From: Azolla caroliniana | Taxonomy: Eukaryota; Plantae; Polypodiophyta | NCBI GenBank assembly: GCA_043228905.1 | Contig: JBHGNT010001059.1 | Span: 1 to 12,499 of the forward strand | Length of the DNA stretch: 12,499 nt | Direction: 5' to 3' | Shown: positions 1 through 10,095 of the stretch, piece by piece | Layout of the letters: the number at the start of each line of letters is the position of its first letter | Position numbering within the stretch: position 1 is the first letter of the stretch | Notes under the pieces: model-generated | Database searches by the model: none | Seen by the model: the letters and a program-made list of their open reading frames with translations, nothing else | What the model was told of the DNA's origin: nothing | Translations under genes and position numbers: made by a program

Positions 1-1525
1 AACACCTGAATTGCTGAAGAAACTTATTCCAGAGCATATTCGGCAGCAAGAATCGGTGCCAACCATTTGAATGGCAAAGTTTACTGAAAAATATGAGATC
101 TTGTCATTAGCACATAAATACGGTCTTTTTACTCTGTTGGAGTGGTCAGGACAGGTGATGACAAACTTCAAAGAGACTGGAACTGATGCCTAAGTCACAT
201 AGCCGGATCAGAAGTAGGCACTCGATGCTACTCTACCACAATTGGTGACTTTCAGACTCCCTACTATCGCACTATATTTGGACAAAATGAGTCAACTATT
301 TTTGCTGATGATTTTCTTTGGAAATCGCTATTATGTTTGGAAGTAGCGACTTGAAAGGAGGCATTTGATTGGATGGGAAGATGAGGGTACATGTGTGAAA
401 GGGTATTTGCGTGAATGAGTCCATCTTCCATTTTGGCTTTTCTGGTGCAATCATTCTGTAGGATTGCCTGTGGCTCCTTCTATAATGCTTGAAGAGAAAA
501 CCTTCAACTCTCTTTTGTAATTTAATGGTGTTAAAGTATGCATTAGATTCATTTCTGTAGTTTTTTTAAGTTCTTGTGCAAGGTGTGTATGAAGGCCAGA
601 CAGGTCGAGAGCATAATTCTTGCCCACCTTGGGTTCACCAAAAATGGCAGTCCAACCCACCGTTATCAAGTAGAATACAATACGAGTTGTCTTATCCTCT
701 CGATGTTGGTTGTGGACATATAGGATTCCTCAAATGCCACGTCCATAGTAAATGCTACATATATGCTCATCCTCTCTTAACGTGCTCCTACAACGTTGGT
801 TCAATGTAGAACAAAGCTCCCTAACAATAATTTTTTTGGTTGAGGTGGTTAAATATATTTCACTCTTAGCCAATGCTTATAGTATTTGAATATGGCCTCA
901 TCAAGCCTACGCATATTCAATAAGAAAATGTTTGCTATTCATGATGTTTATGACTGATTATTATAGCAAGGTTCCAGCCTACGTCAGGTAATGTGAGCTG
1001 AATTAACATGCCACCATGATGTGAAAACATTATTCTGAAGAGTGAATCTCGTTGACCAGATTTGAACAATGCCAGGTAAGGCATTCAAATCATCAATGGT
1101 AATGGCAACAGCAGGACATTAAGGATCATGGTGCATGCATGTGATAATGGGGTTTGGTGATGGCTTTACAATAAAAAACTTTCTACTTTCTGGTAGTGTA
1201 TACCCCTTGAAATTGACTAATGGAATAAGGTATTATTTGACAATCAGCAAATCATGGAGATCATTGATCACCATTTTTTATCTGCAAAAGGACACCAAGT
1301 TTCAGTTTGTGAAATTTTTCTCAGCTTCATGTTAACACCAATGATCCCGGGATACCATGACCTGTAAAACACTCAATTCACTCATGTGATTTATGCACTT
1401 CGAGCTCACAAACTATCAACTATATCGCTTCACTCTGTGCATTAAAGTGATTGTGCTATTTTTTGTTTCAGTTCGGATAACATGAATTCCCTAATTTGTA
1501 ATGGTGATTTGTCTTATAGACCCCA

Positions 1526-1572
1526 TCTCCCTCTCCCTCTCTCTCCCTCTCTCTCTATATAAATATATATAT
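1526..1572. repeat. Imperfect (CT)n followed by (TA)n compound microsatellite
   Basis: Seen in the sequence. Confidence 0.85.
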
Positions 1573-1864
1573 TCACGCGAAGAGGCTTTTTACTTCAATG
1601 TATGAATACCTCATTTTAGGAAGGAAGCACATATCAAGAACACATGTATACGTTGGTCCCATATGTCAAAATTGGCCTCTTTATGCATGATACAAATTCT
1701 AATTCTAATTCTGGTTTGTTTTAGAGTTCCTAATTGCATTTTAGTGTTTTTTGTTGCATGGTCTCTTGTTTTATTATAGGGTGTTCAATGTTGTTCATGT
1801 TACAGTTTTAGGGTTTCTTTTGTGTTTCATTTGCTTCACTTCGAATGCTTCTTTTGATTGCTTC

Positions 1865-1970
1865 TTAGGTTTTTTTATGTGACATTTTTGGAGTCATTTT
1901 CTGTACTACACAAGCAATCATCTCTCTAGTAGAAGGCTCCACAAGATGGGTGAACATTTAAAAAACCTAA
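1865..1970. repeat. Imperfect inverted repeat / foldback
   Basis: TTAGGTTTTTT (1865-1875) pairs perfectly with AAAAAACCTAA (1960-1970). Pairing continues inward with ATGT/ACAT, CATTTT/AAGATG, TGGAGTC/GGCTCCA and TTCT/AGAA, allowing G:U pairs and bulges. Confidence 0.6.
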
Positions 1971-4955
1971 AACACTAGATGATTCAATAAACTCAAACAA
2001 CAAGAACAACATCGATACAGTGATCGATGACTTGCAATGTGGAATCTACATTCCTGAATAAAACAACAAATACCTTTAAATTGAATCCAAAGTAATTGAT
2101 ATTAGCCCTAGACTTTGAGCCTCATATTACAATGTTCCAATGAAGTACAAAAAACTCATGTTCTAAAAAAGGGAGTCATGTTGTGGGGGTTGGATGGCAC
2201 CCCTAATCTCCTCCATCAAGACCCGAGGAAAATGCAAATCGATCACAGAAAATAATGTTTGCCATGGATTACACTACCATGCAAAGAATGCAATAAGGGT
2301 GTCTGCCATGATGGTTGAGTCAATATCAATGTCAAGGCCATTGAAGGGCTCGTGAGACTTTAAAATTAGAGCTACAAACCGCAATTTAGGATTACAATGA
2401 AGCACTTTGGGTACAATGGAGAAGAATTAGGCACGCGCGCCACTATACCTATGCACCAAAGCTCAGAGAAAGGTGGAGCTTGACTTGGAGGACTTCCAAT
2501 AATAGGAGCTTCTTTATGACACAAGCATGCAAGGAACGCAAGAAGGATTGTCTGCCGCTATGGTTGCGTCTAACATGTGCATTGTAAATAAGATAAATGC
2601 TACAATGAAACACCATATCTTCCTTCGCCTGTTGTATGAATCTGAGGAGGCATTACACTTGGACCAAGAAAAAGGGCACCATCATGGCTATCAATCTAAA
2701 GCTCTCCGCAATTGGCATTGCCCGAAGGAAAGCTTAATTAACAACATGATGCATGGTACAAAGCCTCTGAGGCTGATTTGAGATGGCCAATGCAATGCAC
2801 AACCAGTTTACAACCATCGTATTGGAGGCAAATTCTAAGGTCTGATAAACTTAACAATGTTGTTGCCTTTAGAGTGCCAAACATACATTATGGTATGGTG
2901 GTCTGAAAGTTGGACATTGCAAGGGAAAAGTATGTGCACAACATCTACAGAAATTGCATCGGGAGAATGTTATTTGGATCTCAAGTGTCAAAATGTAGAA
3001 CATATATGAAGCCTCGTACATCTAGATGCAAATGTTTGCCGCAGATTTTGTAACTCGAAACTTGGATAATGCGCAGACAACTATTTTATAAGCATAATTC
3101 TTGTCGATTTTTCAATGCTATAAATTTATAAGGACTATTTTCTTACAAGTTATATTCATTATCATGATAGGATTTAGCATAAAGTTAATGAAATTCATAT
3201 AATAATTGAAATTCTGAAATCGGAGCTAGTAGAACATCTTTATCTCAGCCACTCGAAAAAGCTTACCAACCCCAGCCCTCCATTTAAAAATTGGGGTGGA
3301 CCTTAGAAGTCTCTCTTGATACCAAAATTCAACGGAAATGTTACTTCAATTTTATCAAGGGAAAAATTGTGAAATGTACTTCCAAATTAAGCTACTTTTC
3401 TAGTGGAACTTAATAACTACAAATTAGCCCACTTTTTTTGTTAGCCTTGTGGAAAATATGCATGTCAATTTTGGCTTCTTTCAACAACCCCAAACATGAA
3501 ATTCAAATTGCATTATTCTTTAGTTAATCATTCAATTAGAACCCCAAGTGAAGGAAACAAAACAAAGGCAACAACCTTGAAAGGAATAAATTTCAGATGA
3601 ATTTTCACATGTTTTCCACGTAATGATATACGGAATTTTTTAGGTCAATTGTCATATATCCATGTTAAGGAATACAAGAAATGCACTACAAGCAAAAGTT
3701 GCCTTTACAGATACTTTTTGCTAAATCTTTTCAACGCTCCACAATTAAAGATTAAAAAGTTTGAATTTGACACACTAACAAAAAAATGCTCCTTACATCC
3801 AAGAAATTCCTCTTCGTGTTAGGTGCAATGATGAGTTGCTCATTTGATTTTGCTTGCAATTGCTTATGATAATGATCACATCAACAAAGCGTGATTTATT
3901 GAAACAAGTATGTTGATCCAAAAATCCTTGGTACTAGTCCATATTATCAGTATATTGGGCAAATGTTCAATAAAGTGTCGGGATAAATCCACTCAAAGAT
4001 GACAACATCTAGCATAGTCAAAATTTAAATAGGCTTGAAATACATGGAAGTTTTTCTTTAATTTTCCAAAATGCACTTGATTTTTTATTTTTGTGTAGAA
4101 AAAAAGATACTACTTTAGTATTATAAAACGTTTTAAGACTATACATACAAGATATACCACAAATCCCCTTTTTTTCTTTAATTCCCTTGGGTTCTCACTT
4201 ACCAACCTATCAATCAACTATATTATATGTTTTTCCAACCAAATGTGTGATGTGGGAAATTGTATTGTCAATTGCTTCCATTAAATCAATTTTGAGGATT
4301 AACAATAGTCATTCATGGAGATGAAGAAAACATCGATGAGTATTTGTGGAGTTGTTCTCTTAAAGTAATTAGGTTTAAAGTTGGGATAAAAAGAGCTAGA
4401 TTAATACACATGATCAAGTTTTATCCACCGCATTTGAAAATCTTAATGGATAAAGTAGAGAACACAACCATTACACAAATGGAATTTGGCGTTTCTTCAT
4501 AGGACATTGAACAACATCTTTTTGAAGTGCCCTGATCAAATGTATATAGTGTACATCAATAATTCACAATGTACTTCTATGGTCTACAATGCATACTTAA
4601 CCAAGTTTTTATCTCTTGGTTGCTATAATATGCTTCGTCATTAACCCAAGAAATGAAGTGATTCATAGTACAAACAACTTCTAGATATACGTGTGCACTA
4701 GAATAGATTGATCTCCAATAGAAACAAATCATTAAGTAATGAGAAAGGGTTGATTTAAAATGGCTTTGTTTGAAAAAATGCTAAGCTCCCCAAAAGGAGG
4801 GTTTCGTAGGGGATGGTCCCTTTTCCGATTCTTTGATGTTTTTGATACATTACCATAAACGATCATCTGAAAGCATACAAATTGTTGGTTTGTTTTGTCA
4901 TCATAACAAAACTTGCAAATTGCGTTAATTGTACCCTACCTGTTAAATAGTCATG

Positions 4956-4989
4956 AACTAGTGTAAAGGCATAACTAGTGTAAAGGCAT
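4956..4989. repeat. Perfect 17-bp tandem duplication AACTAGTGTAAAGGCAT
   Basis: Copies at 4956-4972 and 4973-4989. Confidence 0.93.
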
Positions 4990-5204
4990 GTTTTATCCGA
5001 GGTTAGTAATAAATAGAAGGGACTAGAGTCGTGTCGCTTGTCCACAAAGCAATGTTGCTTGAACAATATCAAATATTTATTAAACTTGGACATTTGCATG
5101 GCATATTCTACCCTCAATATATATAAGGGCACCTTTTTTTCCTTTTGGGTTATGTATTTGCTTTTTATATAATGAGCAAAGAGTTCATTCAACCTTTTTA
5201 TCAT

Positions 5205-5226
5205 CACACACACACACACACACACA
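5205..5226. repeat. (CA)11 microsatellite
   Basis: Seen in the sequence. Confidence 0.95.
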
Positions 5227-7585
5227 TATAACTTCCTTTATTCACATGCTCAACATTTGTAAGAATCATTGCTTGTATATCTTGCAAGTATTTGACACTA
5301 CTCTGGAAATGCCCACTTTATAACATATTATGTGATCCAAGGTGTTCACTTTTAAAAATATGCCAAGTATTCAAAACACTAACTTTAGAGCAATGTTGAC
5401 CTCTTGAAACCAACAATGTGAAAATGAGCTTTCAAAAGACATCCACCTCATGTCCTCATCAAAATAGAATGCTAAAAGGCCTGACTCCGTCTCTCATGAC
5501 AGTCCTTTTTATGTTTTGTTGTGTCTCCCGTGATGTTGAAGAGCACATTTATGCTTTGTTCTTTAAATATTTCTAACTTGACATGTTATAAACTTTTGTT
5601 CTTTACCACACTTTTAAGGTTTCCCACCAGTAATATAATGCACAACTAAAACAAATGTGTGGGGATGTTTCATATACAATCTATACAATTCCATTTATGG
5701 TGGTTATATGTTGAGCTCAGGTTTTTATTATGGAGTTGATTTGTGTTCCTTCAATGGGCATATACATTATTATGTTTGTCGAATATACATGCAATGATAA
5801 AGTAAAGTTCATTTGATACAAGTTAGATTAAGATTAATTTCTCAAAGTACAAAATTATGCATGCAATTTTGACATAAAAGGCACAAATTTGAAGAAGACA
5901 AACCTAGATAAAAGCTTGGAAGAGAATATACGAGAAATTTATCACATTTTCAAGTTTGTAATGAATGGTATACAATTTTATAAGACAAAAGTTGCCTTTA
6001 ACATATATGCTCACAACTTTTGGCTGAGAACTTTGCATATCTCGACACATGAACCATATAAATTAGTGATTTGCTACATGAAGAAACTTGTTTTCCTATT
6101 GTATAAGATGTAATGCTTCACTACGTGCACATTCACGTGATCAAGGAATTTAATGACTCAATGAGCTTTATTTCTCTAATATCTGTAGTAATAATACTCC
6201 ACATATTCATTGTAACATATACCATTCAAACAATCACGTGATAACGATCCATATTGCAACAAAACATGAGAACACTTGGAATTAGCCATGGCACGAAAAC
6301 ACCCTTACCTAGGTTAAGCTACGAAATGCATCACTACTCACTCACACAACGATAAATTGGACATCTTCTGAGTTTTCTACTCGGGTAGAAGATGAGGTCT
6401 TTAAAAGGCTGCCAAACGACTATTAGCTTTTATATCATAAGGGAGATTGATGAATTTAATAGCTTGTAAAAAGTTGCATCCTAAGTTTTGTAAAGAAGTT
6501 AGTTGAGTGAAGGTTATAGTACCATGGAAGGAATAATGGCCTTTATCGCTAGGTGGGGGATTCAATGCACAATAGTACAATTGACCCTTCCTTATTTGAA
6601 GCAACACATCTATTGTATATTTCGAACAACATACTTATTGTACCTCTACTTTTTGAACCGGAGTCATAACAAGATAGAGCTCAATTTTGGCTACATTGAA
6701 ATTGAAGACATGAAGTTCGCAAATTGGTGGAACAAAAGCAAACAAGAATACATTTATTATGTTACTTGCAAGAGGATGGAGTACAAAGCATGCATTGAAG
6801 ACATGGTGTTTACCCAATGATGCATTTTCCTTTCTTAAGCATATGCTTAGCTTGCGATATAGTGTCATAAAGTAAGCATGCTTAGATGTTAGAACAATTG
6901 TTGGTATTCATGCAATGGAAACCACAATCTTCGCCGAAACTCCCATCGTTTTTTGACACTATTAGAATGTATAACGTCTTCAGTTCACACATTAGACAAA
7001 CTCTTCAATAAGACTTCGAGGTTCCCAAGATTTTCGAAATTACGGTGGGAATCAAGATATGAGCATTATCTGGCTGTTTATGATTAGAAAAAACGCAATG
7101 TAACCAAGAACTCAGAGTCTTCCAACTTTAAGAGAACGAAGGATGATCTTCCTCTTTACAATGGTTAAGGTGTGGCTCATAGGAGGTGAGACCCTATAAT
7201 TGAATGCCTAAGGTTAGTAATATCCTTCTCTCCAAAGGCCCAGATCAATTGCAAAGACGTCATTTACTTTGTGGAATACTAGAAAAGCACGCATTTTCTT
7301 CAAGATGGAAAGATTTTCAGTGTTCCTTTTCATAATGGTTCCAAGGAAATGCAACCATGCCAAGGATGCTTATGAGAGATAGTCACTTATGTTAGCTCTA
7401 TGAGTGCCAAGGATGAACGACATGAGAACGGGACGACAGTACATGATCTTAAAAAGTAGAGAGTAAGCCATGATTGATACACAGGAACGGAATATTGTGG
7501 TGATGGTAGATGGTGAGAATTTTGCCCTAAAAGACCCTAAACATTTTGTCACTCATTCAGAACAAAGATTTCCAAACAACAAAAT

Positions 7586-7591
7586 TTTATT
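7586..7591 (-). terminator. Candidate polyadenylation near-upstream element AATAAA
   Basis: TTTATT on the plus strand, about 450 nt past the stop codon. The motif is common in AT-rich DNA. Confidence 0.25.
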
Positions 7592-7713
7592 TTATGTATC
7601 TGATTACAAAGTAAGGAAACCCAAAATGTTATAAGATAACATATACAACTCACTCCTGGCCAAAGGGTAAGGTTTTTACAATGCTTCAAACTTATATGAC
7701 TAAGAAATAAACA

Positions 7714-7860
7714 GGGGTGTAGTCATAACAAAACCAAAGAATGAGATAGAAGCCTTCCCCCATCTTGTTGGTTGGGGGAGTAATAACAAAACCAAGGAAT
7801 CAGATGGAAGCCTTTTCCCTCCCCATCTTGTAATTTGTTGGGGTCGTAATAACAAAACCC
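7714..7860. repeat. Imperfect ~58-66 bp tandem repeat (~2.3 copies) downstream of the CDS, probably 3' UTR
   Basis: ATAACAAAACC recurs at 7725, 7783 and 7849. AGAT(A/G)GAAGCCTT and CCCCATCTTGT each occur twice. Confidence 0.88.
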
Positions 7861-7962
7861 TATGGTCTGGTGAGCCAGATCATATCATGTTTTCTGGCTC
7901 ATAGACTGGATCAATCGTATGGGCATATGTTGCTCTCCAATAACACACTCATGCACCCTTCA

Positions 7963-7983
7963 TGTGTGTGTGTGTGTGTGTGT
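7963..7983. repeat. (TG)10 microsatellite in the probable 3' UTR
   Basis: Seen in the sequence, 60 nt past the stop codon. Confidence 0.95.
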
Positions 7984-8043
7984 AAAAATATATGTCTTGC
8001 CTATCTTGATCTTGAAAACATTCCCTCCCCTAAGGGTTTTTTG

Positions 8044-9175
8044 TTAGACTGCACCTTGATCATGCGTCATCGTCGTCCTCGTCCTCGTGTCGAAGAATGT
8101 CCTCGAGAGGACTTGCAAGGCAACGATCTCACCAAAGGGAACCTGAATGTCCTTGATGGATGGAGGTTTGCTCTGGATGTCAACAATGCGGATCACATCG
8201 CGGTGGTGCACTTGTCGAGATGTGTCGGTGTCGGGGGAATGCTTCTTCTCTTGTTGGGCTGTGAATACCTCGTAATTAGCCGGCGGTGCCCGGAGGATGC
8301 CACAGAAATTCCCCGGGGCAGCACCAGTGAGTTGATTCATGCCCATCAACATCTCATCTTCCATGACATTCGTCCAGCAATCTCCATTCTCGTCGTAACA
8401 CTTGAGCCTCCCGATAGTCTCTTCTAGAACAAACAATTTCTCATCCACCACTACACTGGGGCCATTCCACCCATTCCTCATGCCCTTGGGCATGTCCATC
8501 CATTTACATGTCTTTGGGTCATACATGACACCCACTCCTTTACCGCATACCATGTGTAGCTTCCCTTTGAAATTCACGGCGTTGATGGCCTGGCCGCTAA
8601 ACTTGGAGGATTTGAGCCTTTCCAAGGCCACCCATTGCTCGACGTCGGGGTCATACATCTCGGCCGATTTCGACAACGCGAGGTCCCAATCCTTGCCGCA
8701 TCCGCTTGCAACGATGAGATGCTTATCTGACATGATCCCGCACGCACACCATCGCCGTGGGACTCGGAAAGGCGGACCAAGGCTCCAATTCCATTTGCAC
8801 GTGTCAAAGATCAAGGGGCAATCGAGGGCTGGTTCGAGAGACCTCCGAGGGCTACTACTACTGCTGGGATTGGAGTCCCGTGGTGGTGGTGGATCAAGGG
8901 GATCCTTGTCATCGGGGACACGATCGGGAAGGGTAAAGTCAGGAACAGGGACAATCTTGCGGCGCCCAACTTGGGCCGAGCCGGCGACCATGAATAGCTT
9001 GGTGGATGAGCTCACACATTGAACGGCATGGAAGAGGCCGATGAAATTGGGGCTAGTGAGTTGGAAATCGACTTGGCCGGGGAGGGGAGGGAGGGGGAAC
9101 CATGTGTGGGAGAGGGGATCAAAGGCATGCCAGGAGAAGGCAGGATGATGATGATGATGATGATGATGATGGGGA

Positions 9176-9206
<31 letters not shown>

Positions 9207-9542
9207 GGTAGTTAGAAGCTCCCCCCTTGTTGTTGTTATTGGTGGTGGTGGTGTTGTTGTTATGGAGGAGGGCATAGAACCAATTGTGGGGTTTGAAGCC
9301 AAGAGAGGATCTGAGGGAATGGAAGAAGGTGGAGGTAGAGATGAGGGATTGCCATGAAGGGGAGACTTTCCAGAGGAGGGAAAGAGAATGGACTCTGGCA
9401 AGGCACAGAGTAGCTATGTCGTCAGGTAGACCAGGGAGCAACGAGGGAGGAGAGGTCCTCCTTCTCCAGGGAGAATCATCATCAGTTTTCATTGCCCTTT
9501 TCTCTGCTTCTGCTTCTGTTTCTGTGTCTGTCCTCCTCCTCC

Positions 9543-9605
<63 letters not shown>

Positions 9606-9630
9606 TCGCCCTTCTTCTGTGACCATTCAT
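8044..9630 (-). CDS. KUF1: F-box/kelch-repeat protein, KUF1/SKIP25 family (SCF E3 ligase substrate adaptor); single exon; alternative start at 9546
   Basis: 528-codon ORF. It has an N-terminal plant F-box (LLPGLPDDIATLCLARV...VSPSWQSLI, from 9441). Kelch-region motifs follow in the order I recall for Arabidopsis KUF1/SKIP25: FDPLSHTWFPLPP, PNFI..VQCVS..KLFMVAGS, PALDCPLIFD..WSLGP..PRRWCACG, VASG, KFSGQAINAV..KLHMV..KG, W..MP.GM..GW.GP, and C-terminal VALQVLSR. The first 28 codons are mostly a (GA)n tract, so the ATG at 9546 (MRRRR..) may be the true start. Family assignment is from recalled motifs, not a database search. Confidence 0.92.
9144..9206. repeat. Compound coding trinucleotide repeat (GAT)9-GGGGA-(GAT)10 encoding Ser10-Pro-His9
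   Basis: Read directly from the sequence and the ORF translation. Confidence 0.95.
9547..9603. repeat. (CT)28 / (GA)28 microsatellite abutting ATG 9546
   Basis: Perfect dinucleotide run. It reads as E(RE)9 if translated from 9630, otherwise it is 5' UTR. Confidence 0.97.
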
Positions 9631-9697
9631 TCATTCATTTCAGTCATTCATATACACAAATTACATACAGGAAGGAATATATACTCTTTCTTTTGTG

Positions 9698-9778
9698 TTC
9701 TCTTCTCTTCTCCTCTTCTCTTCTCTCCTCTCCTTGTGTTGTGTTGTGTTCCCTTCCCCACCCCACCCCACCCCACCC
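9698..9778. repeat. Consecutive pentanucleotide microsatellites (TTCTC)n imperfect, (TTGTG)3, (CCCCA)4
   Basis: Directly visible. The last block gives GGG-T-GGGG-T-GGGG-T-GGGG-T-GGGG-AA-GGG on the minus (sense) strand. Confidence 0.85.
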
Positions 9779-9971
9779 AAAGCCTTAAAGAAAAAGTAAA
9801 ACAAAGAAAGGGAAGAGAAGAGAAGGAAATCCAACGGTTGCTTGGTTTCATACGCGCTCTCTCACTCGTTCGGTCTCTTGGATGATGGATGATGGCCGTC
9901 GGGTTCAAATATGTAATAGCATGCATCGACCCGTCCGTCCTTGGTGCAGAGAAAGAGTTGTCTGATGATGG

Positions 9972-10003
9972 CATATCATATCATATCATATCATATCATA
10001 TCA
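9972..10003. repeat. (CATAT)6 pentanucleotide microsatellite
   Basis: Perfect repeat seen in the sequence. Confidence 0.95.
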
Positions 10004-10089
10004 ATCGAACCCACCCTTTGTCAACTCAGCACAACACACCCCAAGTACAATGTGAGAAACAAGATGCAAGCCACAAGTGTGAACTTCTC

Positions 10090-10095
10090 TTTATA
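10090..10095 (-). promoter_or_regulatory. Candidate TATA box for the F-box gene
   Basis: Minus strand reads TTCTCTATAAAGAGAA, directly downstream of the E/G-box-rich duplication. There is no transcript evidence, and another TATATA lies at about 9678-9683. Confidence 0.3.

Noticed and set aside
980-1475. Splice-site-like motifs (CAG/GTAATG ~987, CAG/GTAAGG ~1075, TTTCAG ~1471)
   Set aside because: No coherent exon chain or reading frame could be built; such motifs are frequent by chance.
2200-3050. Moderately GC-richer block with an 84-aa ORF
   Set aside because: The three plus-strand frames I translated have frequent stops and no recognisable TE or host domain. It may be a decayed repeat but cannot be assigned.
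6362-6394. Small hairpin CATCTTCT...AGAAGATG
   Set aside because: An 8-bp stem with no context (no Helitron CTRR end or RNA gene features), so within chance expectation.
4863-6868. Scattered 68-120 aa ORFs
   Set aside because: Lengths and composition are as expected by chance in AT-rich intergenic DNA; several lack ATG starts.
7269-7300. LWNTRKAR, loosely resembling the plant LINE C-terminal LWxIWKARN motif
   Set aside because: Needs several changes to fit, and no upstream zinc-knuckle or RT motifs were seen.
7870-8427. 185-aa plus-strand ORF
   Set aside because: Antisense to the CDS end and 3' UTR, starts at GTG, includes a translated (TG)n tract, and has no domain.
8402-9022. 206-aa plus-strand ORF
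   Set aside because: Antisense shadow of the GC-richer F-box/kelch CDS; non-ATG start and no recognisable motifs.
8574-9885. Other overlapping ORFs (8574-8807, 9012-9401, 9284-9622, 9492-9788, 9619-9885)
   Set aside because: Alternative-frame or antisense readings kept open by stop-free microsatellites.
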